A stretch of DNA of 64,000 nt. It comes from Woeseiaceae bacterium. Lineage in GTDB: Bacteria; Pseudomonadota; Gammaproteobacteria; Steroidobacterales; Woeseiaceae. Numbering within the stretch: position 1 is the first letter of the stretch; each line of letters starts with the position of its first letter. The stretch covers positions 7,789 to 71,788 of the forward strand of contig JABDNG010000068.1 in the NCBI GenBank assembly GCA_013001045.1. Direction: 5' to 3'. Shown one piece after another: positions 19,039-29,764 of this stretch. A program made the translations under genes and the position numbers. The notes under the pieces were generated by a model. It was given only the letters and a program-made list of their open reading frames with translations. It made no database searches and had not been told where the DNA came from.

Positions 19039-19622
19039 TGAAAAAGCGCGCGCCCAGTTACGAAACACAGGAGCTAAGGGAGTTCGCGGAGGTGCTGCGC
19101 GGCCGTCGAACGATAGAACTCTTCTTGCAAACGCCAGTGCCCGGTGAGCTCGTCGACGAAGCTATCGAGACGGCGACCTGGGCGCCCAATCATCACGTCA
19201 CCGAGCCGTGGCGCTTCATTCTGCCGGGAGACGAGTCGGTGCAAAGGATCCTGGACCTTTGTCGGCGCATCGTAAAGGAGAAGAAGGGAGCTGAGCGAGC
19301 CGAACACAAGCGCGATAGCTGGTCGCAAAAACCGGGCTGGCTGATTGTTACTTGCCAGCGCAGCGATGATGAGCTGCGACAAAAGGAAGACTATGCGGCG
19401 TGCAGTGTGGCGGTGCAGAACTTCATGTTGCACCTCTGGAAGGCGGGGGTCGGAAGCAAATGGACGACCGGCGACATCACCCGCGACCCGCGATTCATGG
19501 AGATCATTGGCGTGGACGAGTCAGACGCATTCGTCGTCGGCCTGATCTGGTTCGGCTATCCCAAACTCACGCCGTCGCAATCGCGGAAAGGCCTGGCCGA
19601 CGTGGTTTTCCGCCTACCCTAG
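19038..19622 (+). CDS. Nitroreductase-family flavoprotein
   Basis: RRT...F near the N-terminus, then APNHH.TEPWRF, then W..G.G.KW. The ATG at 19038 overlaps the thiolase stop (TGATG). Confidence 0.75.
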   Translation: MKKRAPSYETQELREFAEVLRGRRTIELFLQTPVPGELVDEAIETATWAPNHHVTEPWRFILPGDESVQRILDLCRRIVKEKKGAERAEHKRDSWSQKPGWLIVTCQRSDDELRQKEDYAACSVAVQNFMLHLWKAGVGSKWTTGDITRDPRFMEIIGVDESDAFVVGLIWFGYPKLTPSQSRKGLADVVFRLP

Positions 19623-20402
19623 GTTTCCCTCTGCCAGAGCGCGCTGCGCCATCAACTTCTTGCGATAACGCGACTGCACGATATCGGTGAGGACAAGAAC
19701 CACGATCACAAAATAGAACGTCGCTTTAGTCATTGGCGTGATCGGAGTGTCGAACAAATAGAGATGCGCAAGGTGCCCGCCTTCGCTGAGTAGCATGATG
19801 CCCACGACGAGCAGGATAAAGAGGCCCAAAACCTCGTACATACGGTTTTTTTCCAGGAATGCGGCGACACCATCCGCTAACCAGATCATCAGGACAGCGC
19901 CGATGAAAATCGCGGTAGCCATCACCCAAAACACGTCTGTCAGGGCAATAGCGCTGAGGATACTGTCGAACGAGAACACCAGGTTCATCAGCACGATCCA
20001 GAAGATGAGGGTTGCGACCGATTTGGGATTTCGATCGCCGTGGCCCAGTTGTTGGATCTGCATCATGTGCCAGATTTCCTTTGTTGCGGTGTAAATGATG
20101 AATGCACCGCCAAGCAACACGATGATCGAATGGACATTGAATGTTCCTTCCACGATCCCAGGCAATTGAATGGCAAACCACGGCGCTTTGAATAAGTCGA
20201 TAACGCTGACGAGCAGGAACAACAAGCCAATACGCAGAATCATTGCAAGTGCAATACCGATACGGCGAACGAGCGCTTGCTTGTCGGCCGGCGCACGCTG
20301 CGACTCGAGCGAGATATACAGCAGGTTGTCAAAGCCAAGTACCGCCTGTAAGAGCGTCAACATGGCCAGCGTAAACAGGTTATCGAGCGAAAAAATATCC
20401 AT
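19614..20402 (-). CDS. TerC-family integral membrane protein
   Basis: LQAVLGFDNLLYISLE and a second DSILSAIALT repeat are typical of the TerC/Alx family. The sequence is polytopic. Confidence 0.85.
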   Translation of the reverse strand: MDIFSLDNLFTLAMLTLLQAVLGFDNLLYISLESQRAPADKQALVRRIGIALAMILRIGLLFLLVSVIDLFKAPWFAIQLPGIVEGTFNVHSIIVLLGGAFIIYTATKEIWHMMQIQQLGHGDRNPKSVATLIFWIVLMNLVFSFDSILSAIALTDVFWVMATAIFIGAVLMIWLADGVAAFLEKNRMYEVLGLFILLVVGIMLLSEGGHLAHLYLFDTPITPMTKATFYFVIVVLVLTDIVQSRYRKKLMAQRALAEGNLG

Positions 20403-20467
20403 AGATTCGAATCCGTCAGGTCGGGATGTGTCGCAGCCGGCATTCTAACGGTTGCGACTCCGATTCT

Positions 20468-21694
20468 CTATTCGCGCGCCAGTTCGTCAGGGTGGTGCGT
20501 AAAGGGCCCCGGCGCGATGAGGGGTCGCAGCAGGAATACCAGGGTCGTACAGAGGCCGGCGGCTGCCATGATAATGACTGCGTTGCGCACCGAACCGTCA
20601 TAGATCACGGCGGCCAGTAGCGCGCCTCCCGCGCCGGCGAGGTTTTGCAGGGTGCCGACTATCGACGAAGCAACACCTGCAATCTTCGGCAAAGGATCAA
20701 GAGCGACAACCATGGTGTTGGACATCAGGATTGCAATTGTGAACATGTACAGGCAAACGCAAGCCCATACCCACCAGAATGGCGCAAGGTCCAGCCAGCC
20801 AATGAGGGTCAATTGCGCGCTTGCAGCAAAGATCAGGGCGACGCCAAGACCGATGAGTTGCAATTGATCGAAGCGTGTTACCAGTACGCGATTTGCGGCG
20901 GACCCGACGAGGATAGACAGGCCCGCGCATGCGAAAATCAGTCCGTATGCCTCGACGGAGTAACCGTAAATCTCGACGGTCAACGCGGCGGAGACCGCGA
21001 TGACTGACATGAATCCGGCCGGCGGCAAGAGCAGCAACAACAAACCGAATACGCTCTGCCGATGCGAGAAGAACTCGCGAAAACTGGAAATGAGTTGCCG
21101 TACCGGGTGTTCGCTGACCACCGGACGGTGTGTTTCAACCAGATTCCGTCGAATCGCCATGATCATCAGGTAAGCGCAAACTGCAATGGCTATGAAAGGC
21201 GCACGCCAACCCCATTGTGCGACGAGTAGCGCACCGAATGTTGGCGCGACGACAGGCGCAGCAGTGAAGATCATCGTCATCAATGACATCAGGCGCGCCG
21301 CATCTTTTCCTGACGCTATATCTCGTACGATGGCCCGCGACAACACGACCGCCGACGCGGCGCCAAGGCCCTGCACGAAACGGGCGATGAGCAGGTACTG
21401 CATGTCGTTCGACGCGGCCGCCACCGTTGCAGCGATCGCAAACAGCGTCATTCCGATGTACAGCGCAGGCAGTCGACCCAGGCGATCGGAAAACAGGCCC
21501 GCAGGAATCTGTCCGACGGCCATGCCGGCCATGAAGATGCCGACAATTTGCTGGCCGTGCGTCAGGGTCGATTCGAGCGCCACGACCATGGAAGGAATGG
21601 CCGGCAAACTGAGATCCACAGTGATTGCCGCCATGGCCGTAAGGATGCCAAGCGTCAGTACAAAGCGGCGAGACTGGATGAGGTGGGCGTTCAA
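20468..21694 (-). CDS. MFS efflux transporter, Bcr/CflA subfamily
   Basis: 12 TM segments. Has the GLFSDRLGRLPAL loop (MFS motif A) and an overall Bcr/CflA-like N-terminus. Confidence 0.8.
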   Translation of the reverse strand: MNAHLIQSRRFVLTLGILTAMAAITVDLSLPAIPSMVVALESTLTHGQQIVGIFMAGMAVGQIPAGLFSDRLGRLPALYIGMTLFAIAATVAAASNDMQYLLIARFVQGLGAASAVVLSRAIVRDIASGKDAARLMSLMTMIFTAAPVVAPTFGALLVAQWGWRAPFIAIAVCAYLMIMAIRRNLVETHRPVVSEHPVRQLISSFREFFSHRQSVFGLLLLLLPPAGFMSVIAVSAALTVEIYGYSVEAYGLIFACAGLSILVGSAANRVLVTRFDQLQLIGLGVALIFAASAQLTLIGWLDLAPFWWVWACVCLYMFTIAILMSNTMVVALDPLPKIAGVASSIVGTLQNLAGAGGALLAAVIYDGSVRNAVIIMAAAGLCTTLVFLLRPLIAPGPFTHHPDELARE

Positions 21695-21714
21695 GGGCGT
21701 GTAGTGTGCCCGCC

Positions 21715-22926
21715 CTAGATGGTATCCGCCAGTAGCAGGTCCGCAAGCTGCGGGGTTCCCATCCAGTACGTGAGTTCACGTGGATGGCCGATGTTCCAGA
21801 TTGCGATGTCGGCACGTTTTCCGACTTCAAGGGTGCCGCGATCGTCCGCGAGCCCGAGTGCTAGCGCCGCCTCACGCGTCGTGCCGGCAAGGCATTCCAG
21901 CGGCGTCAATGCGAATAGCCGGCTGGCCAGCATCATCGCATTGCGTAGCGAACACGTTGGAGACGTTCCCGGGTTGCAATCGCTGGCAACAGCGATAGGG
22001 ACCTTGCGCTCCCTGAGGGCGTCGACCGGCGGGCGCTGTGTTTCACCGAGCGTAAGATACGCGCCGGGCAGCAACACCGCGACGGCGCCCGCTTTGGCCA
22101 TGGCATTGACACCCGTGCTCGACGTGTATTCAAGATGGTCTGCCGACAATGCATTGAAATGTGCCGCGAGTTCCGCGCCGCCGCCGTCACTAAGCTGGTC
22201 GGCATGGAGCTTTACAGGCAGCCCCAGGTCAACTGCCGTGCGAAACAATCGGGCGACCTGTGGCGCGCTGAACGCAATGGTTTCGCAATAGGCGTCGACG
22301 GCATCTGCGAGTTTCCGCTCGGCGACGTCAGGTAGCAGCTCACCGCAGATCAGGTCGATGTACTTGTCCGCCTGGTGCTCGAATTCGGGCGGCACGGTGT
22401 GCGCTGCGAGCAGCGTTGTGCGAATTGTCATGCCCGAGGATTCGCCCAATCGCCGTGCTACCTCGAGCATCTTCAGCTCGTTTTCGACGTCCAGGCCGTA
22501 GCCGGACTTGATTTCGACCGTTGCAACGCCTTCGGCAAGCAATGCTTGTACTCGAGGCAGCGCGGCGTCGAACAGTTCGTCCGCCGATGCCGCGCGCGTG
22601 GCGCGCACGGTCGACAATATGCCGCCACCGGCATTCGCGATTTCTTCGTAGCTCACGCCCTGCAAGCGTTGCTCGAATTCCTGCGCCCGGTCGCCACCGA
22701 ACACGAGGTGTGTATGGCAGTCGATCAGCGCCGGCGTCAGCCACTGGCCGGCGACCGAGCGCGTCGACGCGGCGCTGCCGGTCGGCAGGTCTGCCTGTGG
22801 CCCGATCCAGGCGATTGAGCCGTCCGAGATCGCAAGCGCGGCTTCGCTGATTTCGCCGTAGTCCGGCGCGTCGGCGGCGAGCGTTGCGACTCGGGCGTCG
22901 GTCAGCAGCAGGTCCCATTGGGCCAT
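21715..22926 (-). CDS. hutI: Imidazolonepropionase
   Basis: The motifs [22 protein letters not shown] and HADQLS are typical of HutI. I prefer the ATG at 22926 (MAQWDLLL). Confidence 0.9.
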   Translation of the reverse strand: MAQWDLLLTDARVATLAADAPDYGEISEAALAISDGSIAWIGPQADLPTGSAASTRSVAGQWLTPALIDCHTHLVFGGDRAQEFEQRLQGVSYEEIANAGGGILSTVRATRAASADELFDAALPRVQALLAEGVATVEIKSGYGLDVENELKMLEVARRLGESSGMTIRTTLLAAHTVPPEFEHQADKYIDLICGELLPDVAERKLADAVDAYCETIAFSAPQVARLFRTAVDLGLPVKLHADQLSDGGGAELAAHFNALSADHLEYTSSTGVNAMAKAGAVAVLLPGAYLTLGETQRPPVDALRERKVPIAVASDCNPGTSPTCSLRNAMMLASRLFALTPLECLAGTTREAALALGLADDRGTLEVGKRADIAIWNIGHPRELTYWMGTPQLADLLLADTI

Positions 22927-22971
22927 CGAAGTTCTCCAGGAAATTGCATTCGAAATTACCATGTACTAGCC

Positions 22972-22981
22972 TGTATATACA
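22972..22981. promoter_or_regulatory. Candidate HutC (GntR/HutC-family) operator palindrome TGTATATACA in the hutI-hutF divergent promoter region
   Basis: A perfect 10-nt palindrome sits 17 nt upstream of the hutF ATG. It matches the GT-N-TA-N-AC / TGTA..TACA type half-sites recalled for HutC-subfamily operators. Confidence 0.55.
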
Positions 22982-22997
22982 ACTTAGCGAGGGCTTC

Positions 22998-24356
22998 ATG
23001 ACTTCCCTTTTTGCCAGCAAAGTACTACTACCCGGTGGTTGGGCCGACAATGTCCGATTCAGCATCGAGCGCGGCCTCATAAAGGCCGTCCAGGCGGCTA
23101 CCAAACCGCTGGCCGACGACACGCTTGCAGGGTGTGTCATTCCGGGCTTGAGCAACGCTCACAGCCATGCGTTCCAGCGCGCCCTGGCCGGTCATACCGA
23201 GCAACGCTCGCCGGCCGGGCACGACAGTTTCTGGACGTGGCGCGAGCGCATGTATGAACTGGCGGGCCGCGTGAATGCCGAGGCGCTGGCCGCGATCGCC
23301 CGGCAGGTCTATTGCGAGATGCTGGCCAGCGGCTATACGGCGGTTGCCGAATTTCATTACCTGCATCGCGACCCCGAGAATCCGGACAAACAGGACGCGA
23401 TGCTGCAGGCAATCGTGCGGGCTGCGAGCGATAGCGGCATCCGCCTCACGTATGTGCCGGTGCTTTATGAGCGAGCCGGATTCAATGATCCCGAGCCTGC
23501 GGCCAATCAGCGTAATTTTGCAATGACCCTCGACGAGTTTCTCGCGCATCGCGAAAGGGCGACGGGGTATGGTAGCGAGTCGATCGCCATTGGTATCGGC
23601 GCACACAGTTTACGCGCCGTCAGTCAAGAGTCGCTGCTGGAAATTGCACGCGTTGCCGCAGCCAACAACGCGCCGATGCATCTGCACATCGCCGAACAGC
23701 AGCGTGAAGTCGATCAATGCATGGCGGCTTACGGTCGCCGGCCGGTACGCTGGTTGCTCGAGAACCTGGATGTTACGGAGCACTGGTGTCTCGTTCATGC
23801 CACCCACATGGATTTTGACGAAACGGTCGCGCTGGCGAAGTCGGGCGCCGTGGCCGCGCTCTGTCCGAGTACGGAAGCAAATCTCGGCGACGGCCTGTTT
23901 CCCCTGCACGATTACCTGAAGGAAGGCGGTCGAATCGCCATCGGTTCCGACAGCCATATATCGATTAACCCATTCGAGGAGCTGCGTTGGCTCGAGTACG
24001 GCCAGCGGCTCGCAACAGGATCGCGCAATGTCGCCTCGCTGCGGGACAGCCATGTCGGCCGCGAATTGTTTTCGCGCTCGCTCGAAGGCGGCGCGATGGC
24101 CTGCGGGCAGTCGACCGTCGGGCTCGAAGCCGGCGCGCCCGCCGATCTCGTTGTGCTTAGCGACGATGACCCTATGCTGGCTGGCCATAACGATGAGTCG
24201 CGGCTCGATGCACTGGTGTTTTCCGGTTATCCGTTGCCCGTCGAGCGCGTCATGGTTAATGGCGACTGGCGCGTCGTCGATGCGATGCATGTTGATCGCG
24301 ATCACGCCCGGTCCGACTATGCAGCGACGATGAGGTCGCTCGGAGCAGTGCGATGA
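22998..24356 (+). CDS. hutF: Formimidoylglutamate deiminase
   Basis: Amidohydrolase with PGL.NAHSHAFQR, HLHIAEQ and GSDS motifs. I prefer the ATG at 22998 (MTSLFASKVLLPGGW). Confidence 0.85.
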   Translation: MTSLFASKVLLPGGWADNVRFSIERGLIKAVQAATKPLADDTLAGCVIPGLSNAHSHAFQRALAGHTEQRSPAGHDSFWTWRERMYELAGRVNAEALAAIARQVYCEMLASGYTAVAEFHYLHRDPENPDKQDAMLQAIVRAASDSGIRLTYVPVLYERAGFNDPEPAANQRNFAMTLDEFLAHRERATGYGSESIAIGIGAHSLRAVSQESLLEIARVAAANNAPMHLHIAEQQREVDQCMAAYGRRPVRWLLENLDVTEHWCLVHATHMDFDETVALAKSGAVAALCPSTEANLGDGLFPLHDYLKEGGRIAIGSDSHISINPFEELRWLEYGQRLATGSRNVASLRDSHVGRELFSRSLEGGAMACGQSTVGLEAGAPADLVVLSDDDPMLAGHNDESRLDALVFSGYPLPVERVMVNGDWRVVDAMHVDRDHARSDYAATMRSLGAVR

Positions 24357-25117
24357 ATCAGGCCAAGCCGCGCTACCAACAGCTGAAAGACCTGATCATC
24401 GGCAGGATTTCAACGGGCGAGCTGCAGCCCGAGGATCGCGTCCCATCGGAGAACGAACTGGTCGAGTCGATGAGCGTGTCGCGAATGACGGCAAATCGTG
24501 CGCTACGAGAATTGAACGACGAAGGCTATGTCGAACGAGTGGCGGGTCGCGGCACGTTCGTATCCGATTTTCGTTCGCAGTCACACCTGCTCGAAGTGCA
24601 TAACATCGCGGACGAAATCTTGCGGCGCGGGCACTCGCACTCCTGCGAGGTCGTGCGCCAGTCGCGGCAGCGTGCCCGCGGCGAAGTGGCGAAGGCGTTG
24701 CATGTGGAGCAAGGCACCGAGGTCTTTCACCTGTTGCTCGTTCATTTTGAGAACGGCGTTCCGATTCAGCTCGAGGACCGCCACGTTGTCGCTCGTTTTG
24801 CGCCGGATTGCCTGCAGCAGAACTTCGAATCGGTAACGCCGAGTGCCTACCTCACGTCGATAGCACCTTTGCAGGAAGCCGAACAAGTGGTGCGCGCGAG
24901 CCTGCCGAATGCTGCCGTTCGCAAACATCTTCACATTGAAGAGACTGAAGCGAGTCTCGTCGTCATTCGACGAACCTGGTCGCATGGGCGCCCAGTGACG
25001 TTCGCTCGTTTACACCATCCCGGCAGCCGCTACGAGTTGACCGGACACTACACGCCACCCGGAACGCCCCGGTCGACGCCGGAGGAAGTGGTGCAGCTGG
25101 AGGAGTTACGGCAATGA
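24353..25117 (+). CDS. hutC: Histidine utilisation repressor (GntR/HutC family)
   Basis: N-terminal winged helix [24 protein letters not shown] plus a UTRA-type C-terminus. Embedded in the hut operon with a 4-nt overlap. Confidence 0.9.
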   Translation: MNQAKPRYQQLKDLIIGRISTGELQPEDRVPSENELVESMSVSRMTANRALRELNDEGYVERVAGRGTFVSDFRSQSHLLEVHNIADEILRRGHSHSCEVVRQSRQRARGEVAKALHVEQGTEVFHLLLVHFENGVPIQLEDRHVVARFAPDCLQQNFESVTPSAYLTSIAPLQEAEQVVRASLPNAAVRKHLHIEETEASLVVIRRTWSHGRPVTFARLHHPGSRYELTGHYTPPGTPRSTPEEVVQLEELRQ

Positions 25118-26778
25118 ATAGGGTCGTTAAAGCGCCCACAGGCACGGATCTTCAGGCCAAGAGCTGGCTGACCGAGGCGCCGTTGCGAATGCTTATGAAC
25201 AACCTCGATCCCGAGGTTGCGGAACGTCCGCAAGATCTCGTCGTGTACGGCGGAATCGGCAAAGCGGCCCGTAATTGGGAATGCTTCGATGTCATCGTCT
25301 CGACATTGAAGGCGCTCGAAGACGACGAGACCTTGCTCGTGCAATCGGGCAAGCCAGTCGGCGTATTCAAGACGCACGCTGACGCGCCGCGCGTACTCAT
25401 CGCCAACTCCAACCTGGTGCCTGCCTGGGCGAACTGGGAACACTTTCGCGAACTCGACAGGAAAGGCCTGATGATGTTCGGCCAGATGACGGCGGGCTCC
25501 TGGATTTACATCGGCAGCCAGGGAATCGTGCAGGGCACGTACGAGACCTTCGTCGAAATGGGGCGGCAGCATTACGACGGCGATCTTGCCGGGCGATGGA
25601 TTCTGACGGCTGGCCTCGGCGGCATGGGCGGCGCGCAGCCACTGGCTGCAACCATGGCAGGCGCATCGATGCTCGCGATCGAGTGTCAATCCGATCGCAT
25701 CGACATGCGGCTTGCGACCGGCTACCTCGATACCCGTGCCAAGTCCCTCGACGAGGGCGTGGCGATCATCGAGAAATCGGTGCATGACAAGCAGCCGGTA
25801 TCGGTTGGCCTGCTTGGCAATGCGGCCGAAATCCTGCCAGAGCTGGTCCGGCGCGGCATCCGTCCCGACGCAGTCACCGACCAGACGTCTGCGCATGATC
25901 CGGCAAATGGCTACTTGCCTATTGGCTGGACGGTGCAGGAATGGTTCGCGCGGCGCGATAAGGACCCGGACGCCGTTGTGATCGCTGCATGCGAGTCGAT
26001 GGCCGTGCATGTTCGAGCGATGCTCGATTTTCAAAAACAGGGCATACCGACCTTCGACTACGGCAACAACATTCGGCAGGTTGCTTTCGACGAGGGCGTT
26101 GAGAACGCATTCGACTTTCCGGGTTTCGTCCCTGCGTACGTGCGTCCGTTGTTTTGCCGCGGCATCGGTCCATTTCGGTGGGCCGCGTTGTCGGGTGACC
26201 CCGAAGACATCTACAAGACCGATGCCAAAGTGAAAGAGTTGATTCCGGACGACCATCATCTGCACAACTGGCTCGATGCCGCGCGCGAGCGCATCCATTT
26301 TCAGGGCCTGCCCGCGAGAATCTGCTGGGTTGGGCTGGGCCAGCGCGATCGCCTGGGCCTGGCGTTTAACGAAATGGTCCGCAATGGCGAACTCACTGCT
26401 CCCGTCGTCATCGGCCGCGATCATCTCGACAGCGGTTCCGTTGCAAGCCCCAATCGCGAAACTGAATCGATGCTGGATGGCAGCGATGCGGTGTCGGACT
26501 GGGCGATGCTCAACGCACTCTTAAGCACGGCCAGCGGTGCGACGTGGGTGTCGTTGCACCATGGTGGCGGTGTCGGTATGGGTTACTCGCAGCACGCAGG
26601 CCTCGTCATCGTCTGCGACGGCAGCGTCGATGCCGATCGCCGCATCGCGCGTGTGTTGTGGAACGATCCGGCGACGGGCGTCATGCGACATGCCGATGCG
26701 GGCTACGAACTTGCCATCGACTGTGCGCGGGAAAACGGACTTAACCTGCCGATGATCGATGCCGGAGGTGGATCATGA
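25114..26778 (+). CDS. hutU: Urocanate hydratase
   Basis: 554 aa. The motifs [10 protein letters not shown] and ...HHGGGVGMG... are typical of urocanase. Confidence 0.95.
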   Translation: MNRVVKAPTGTDLQAKSWLTEAPLRMLMNNLDPEVAERPQDLVVYGGIGKAARNWECFDVIVSTLKALEDDETLLVQSGKPVGVFKTHADAPRVLIANSNLVPAWANWEHFRELDRKGLMMFGQMTAGSWIYIGSQGIVQGTYETFVEMGRQHYDGDLAGRWILTAGLGGMGGAQPLAATMAGASMLAIECQSDRIDMRLATGYLDTRAKSLDEGVAIIEKSVHDKQPVSVGLLGNAAEILPELVRRGIRPDAVTDQTSAHDPANGYLPIGWTVQEWFARRDKDPDAVVIAACESMAVHVRAMLDFQKQGIPTFDYGNNIRQVAFDEGVENAFDFPGFVPAYVRPLFCRGIGPFRWAALSGDPEDIYKTDAKVKELIPDDHHLHNWLDAARERIHFQGLPARICWVGLGQRDRLGLAFNEMVRNGELTAPVVIGRDHLDSGSVASPNRETESMLDGSDAVSDWAMLNALLSTASGATWVSLHHGGGVGMGYSQHAGLVIVCDGSVDADRRIARVLWNDPATGVMRHADAGYELAIDCARENGLNLPMIDAGGGS

Positions 26779-28304
26779 AACTGGTCATCGACAATCAGCT
26801 AGTCACGCTCAGCGACTTGCGTGCAGCCTGGCATGACGGCGTTTCCGTCACGCTCGGTAACGATGCACGGTACCGAATCGCGGAAGCGAACGAATTCATC
26901 GATGAAGTCGTCGCCCACGGTGACACGGTGTACGGCGTCAACACAGGATTCGGCCAGATGGCGCAGGTACGCATCAGCAACGACGAACTTGCACACCTGC
27001 AGGAGAACCTCGTGCGCTCGCACGCCGTCGGAGTCGGCGAAGACCTTGACGACGAAATCGTTCGCCTGGTCATGCTCATGAAAGTCGTGGCGTTGTCGGC
27101 AGGGTTCTCAGGCGTCCGTATCGAGCTCGTCGAAGCGCTCTGTGCGCTCATTAACCATGAAATTTATCCGCGCATACCGTCACGAGGCTCGGTCGGTGCC
27201 TCCGGTGATCTTGCGCCACTGGCCCACATGGCCGGGGCATTAATCGGCGTCGGCGAGGTTCGTGTGCAGGGTAACCTGGTGCCCGCGCCCATCGCGCTCA
27301 AAGCCGCCGGCCTGGAGCCGGTCAGGCTCGCACCTAAGGAAGGTCTCGCATTGTTGAACGGCACGCAGGTCTCTACGGCGCTGGCGCTGGGGGCGGTGTT
27401 TCGCACTGAGAATGTCTTGTCGGCCGCGCTAATGGCCGGTGCCATGTCGTCGGATGCCGTACAGGGTAGTGATACACCATTCGACAAGCGCATCCAGAGC
27501 GTTCGCGGTCATGGCGGCCAGATAGCGGTCGCCGGCGTCTTGCGCGAACTGATGCACGGCAGCGATATTCGGGCATCCCATCTCGAATGTGACCGCGTGC
27601 AGGACCCGTATTCGATCCGTTGCCAGCCACAGGTGGTCGGTGCATGTCTCGATGTCGTTCGGCATGTCTGTTCCGTGCTGCAAACCGAGGCGAATGCAGT
27701 GACTGACAATCCGCTGGTTTTCGTCGAGTCCCAGGCTGTGTTATCCGGAGGCAATTTTCATGCAGAGCCGGTGGCCCTCGCGGCCGATTACCTGGCGCTG
27801 GCCATCGCGGAGATCGGCGCTTTATCCGAACGTCGAATCGCGCTGCTCATCGATTCGCATTTAAGCGGTTTGCCGCCGTTCCTGGTAGCCGAGGGCGGTC
27901 TCAACAGCGGTTTCATGATGGCGCAGGTAACTGCGGCGGCGCTGGCTTCAGAAAACAAGGGGCACGCACATCCCGCGAGCGTGGACAGTCTTCCAACATC
28001 GGCCAACCAGGAAGACCATGTGAGCATGTCGACCTATGCGGCGCGCCGCCTGCACACGATGCTCGACAACGTGGCCGACATCGTGGCGATTGAGCTACTG
28101 GCGGCGGCGCAGGGAATCGATTTCCATCATCCGCAAACAAGTTCGCCGCCGATCGAAGACGTCATGAAAGCGCTGCGCGAGATATCGCCGCCCTATACCG
28201 AGGATCGCTCATTGTCATCCGACATAAGGCGCGTCGCCGCAACCATTGACGACGGTAACTACTGTCGCTACGCGGAGTCAGTGCTGCCGAGCATGTGCAC
28301 ATGA
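26775..28304 (+). CDS. hutH: Histidine ammonia-lyase
   Basis: Has the MIO-forming [14 protein letters not shown] motif and is 509 aa. Confidence 0.95.
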   Translation: MKLVIDNQLVTLSDLRAAWHDGVSVTLGNDARYRIAEANEFIDEVVAHGDTVYGVNTGFGQMAQVRISNDELAHLQENLVRSHAVGVGEDLDDEIVRLVMLMKVVALSAGFSGVRIELVEALCALINHEIYPRIPSRGSVGASGDLAPLAHMAGALIGVGEVRVQGNLVPAPIALKAAGLEPVRLAPKEGLALLNGTQVSTALALGAVFRTENVLSAALMAGAMSSDAVQGSDTPFDKRIQSVRGHGGQIAVAGVLRELMHGSDIRASHLECDRVQDPYSIRCQPQVVGACLDVVRHVCSVLQTEANAVTDNPLVFVESQAVLSGGNFHAEPVALAADYLALAIAEIGALSERRIALLIDSHLSGLPPFLVAEGGLNSGFMMAQVTAAALASENKGHAHPASVDSLPTSANQEDHVSMSTYAARRLHTMLDNVADIVAIELLAAAQGIDFHHPQTSSPPIEDVMKALREISPPYTEDRSLSSDIRRVAATIDDGNYCRYAESVLPSMCT

Positions 28305-29083
28305 TCGAGGTTTACAATCACTATGATGGCGAACTGCCACTGTTGATCAGTGTGCCGCACGATGGTTGCCACCTGCCGAATGACATGCGTGAGCGCATGA
28401 CGTCAATCGGCCTGGCTGTGCCCGATACGGACTGGCATGTGGCGGAGTTGTACGATTTTGCGCGCGAACTCGGCGCGTCGATGCAGGTCGCGAACTATTC
28501 GCGTTACGTCGTTGACCTGAATCGATCGGCGACGGACGAGGTCCTGTATCCCGGGCAGCTCGTCACAGGTCTTTGTCCCGTGCAGACGTTCTCCGGCGAA
28601 GATATTTACGCGACGGGTGGCGTAACTGAAGACGAAAAAGCGCGGCGCATCGAAAACTACTGGCAGCCCTATCATGCGCATATTGAAGCGACACTGGCGG
28701 CGATGCAGGCGAAGCACGGCTATGCACTGCTCTGGGACGCACACTCGATACCGAGCGTTGTACCGCGATTATTCGAAGGTGAGTTGCCCGCACTCAACAT
28801 TGGCACTAACGATGGCAAGAGTTGCGCGCCCTCGATAGAGGCGGCGATAGTGCGCGCGGCCAAGAACAATCTCTACGACATGGCTGTCAACGGTCGTTTC
28901 AAAGGCGGCTATATCACGCGCCAGTACGGCGATCCGGACAATGGTGTTCATGCCGTCCAGCTTGAAATTGCGCAGCGCGCGTACATGGACGAGACGACGA
29001 TCGTGTTCGATGCCGAAAAGGCTACGCACTTGCGGGTCTCGCTGCGAGAAATGCTGCAGGCATTCCTGGATGCCGCGCGCTGA
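28295..29083 (+). CDS. hutG: N-formylglutamate deformylase (amidohydrolase)
   Basis: PHDG..LP, D.DWH and the FGase family layout. Last gene of the hut operon. An alternative ATG lies at 28301. Confidence 0.85.
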   Translation: MHMIEVYNHYDGELPLLISVPHDGCHLPNDMRERMTSIGLAVPDTDWHVAELYDFARELGASMQVANYSRYVVDLNRSATDEVLYPGQLVTGLCPVQTFSGEDIYATGGVTEDEKARRIENYWQPYHAHIEATLAAMQAKHGYALLWDAHSIPSVVPRLFEGELPALNIGTNDGKSCAPSIEAAIVRAAKNNLYDMAVNGRFKGGYITRQYGDPDNGVHAVQLEIAQRAYMDETTIVFDAEKATHLRVSLREMLQAFLDAAR

Positions 29084-29208
29084 GGCGCGCCGAGGTTCAG
29101 GCAAGATTAAAGGCGGCCGAACTACGCTGCGCGCGATATTCAGCTATTATTGCCATCCTGACAGCGGACTCGCTGACCTGGCTGCTCTTTCCTACAGGAA
29201 TCCAAGTA

Positions 29209-29760
29209 ATGATCAAGCAAAGAAACGTAACGCGTCCGCTGACACTCGTACTGGCAATGCTGTTCGCGTCATCGGTGCTGGCCGCATCGGCCGATAAGCT
29301 GAATCGTGAGGCGGACAAGACCTTGCAGGTGTTTCAGGAAGAAATTGGCGGTGCGGACGTTTTCCTGAACCAGGCTGCCGGTTACCTGGTATTTCCACGC
29401 GTTATAAAAGTCGGCTTTGTCTTCGGTGCGGAAACGGGAGAAGGTGTGCTGCGCGTGGGTGGTTCCACTGTCTCGTATTACCGTACGACGGGCGGTTCGT
29501 TTGGGCTGCAAATGGGCGCACAGGCGAAGTCAATCGTCATTGCTTTTCTAACGCGTGAGTCACTCGACAAATTTCGAAACTCGAGCGGCTGGAAAGTGGG
29601 CGTCGATGGATCGGTTGCGCTCATCGACGTTGGCGCCGGCAAGACCATCGACAGCGACAATGTCAGGGACCCGGTCGTTGGCTTCATTTTTGGATCCAAA
29701 GGCCTTATGTACAACCTGACGCTGGAAGGCTCGAAGTTCACGAAGCTCGACAAGTCCTGA
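29209..29760 (+). CDS. Secreted SYLF (Ysc84/DUF500) lipid-binding domain protein
   Basis: Signal peptide (LVLAMLFASSVLAASA) followed by G.GVL...G.....YY......SFGLQ.GAQ, typical of the SYLF domain. Confidence 0.6.
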   Translation: MIKQRNVTRPLTLVLAMLFASSVLAASADKLNREADKTLQVFQEEIGGADVFLNQAAGYLVFPRVIKVGFVFGAETGEGVLRVGGSTVSYYRTTGGSFGLQMGAQAKSIVIAFLTRESLDKFRNSSGWKVGVDGSVALIDVGAGKTIDSDNVRDPVVGFIFGSKGLMYNLTLEGSKFTKLDKS

Positions 29761-29764
29761 TCTC

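Noticed and set aside
20403-20467. yybP-ykoY (Mn) riboswitch upstream of the TerC-family gene
   Set aside because: Only 65 nt separate terC from the upstream Bcr gene, which is too short. I see none of the conserved yybP-ykoY elements, only a GTCGCA...TGCGAC hairpin that is more likely the end of the Bcr gene's transcript.
22340-23155. 271-aa minus-strand ORF spanning the hutI 5' region and the hutI-hutF spacer
   Set aside because: It is out of frame with hutI, crosses the divergent promoter region, and gives an Arg-rich nonsense-like translation.
25048-26424. 458-aa ORF antisense to hutU
   Set aside because: It lies entirely inside the well-supported urocanase gene on the opposite strand. 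Its Arg/Ala/Gly/Pro-rich composition is typical of spurious antisense frames in high-GC DNA, and I recognise no motif in it.
29070-29092. Terminator after hutG (CGCGC-TGAG-GCGCG hairpin)
   Set aside because: The stem is short, it overlaps the stop codon, and no T-run follows, so I do not consider it convincing as an intrinsic terminator.
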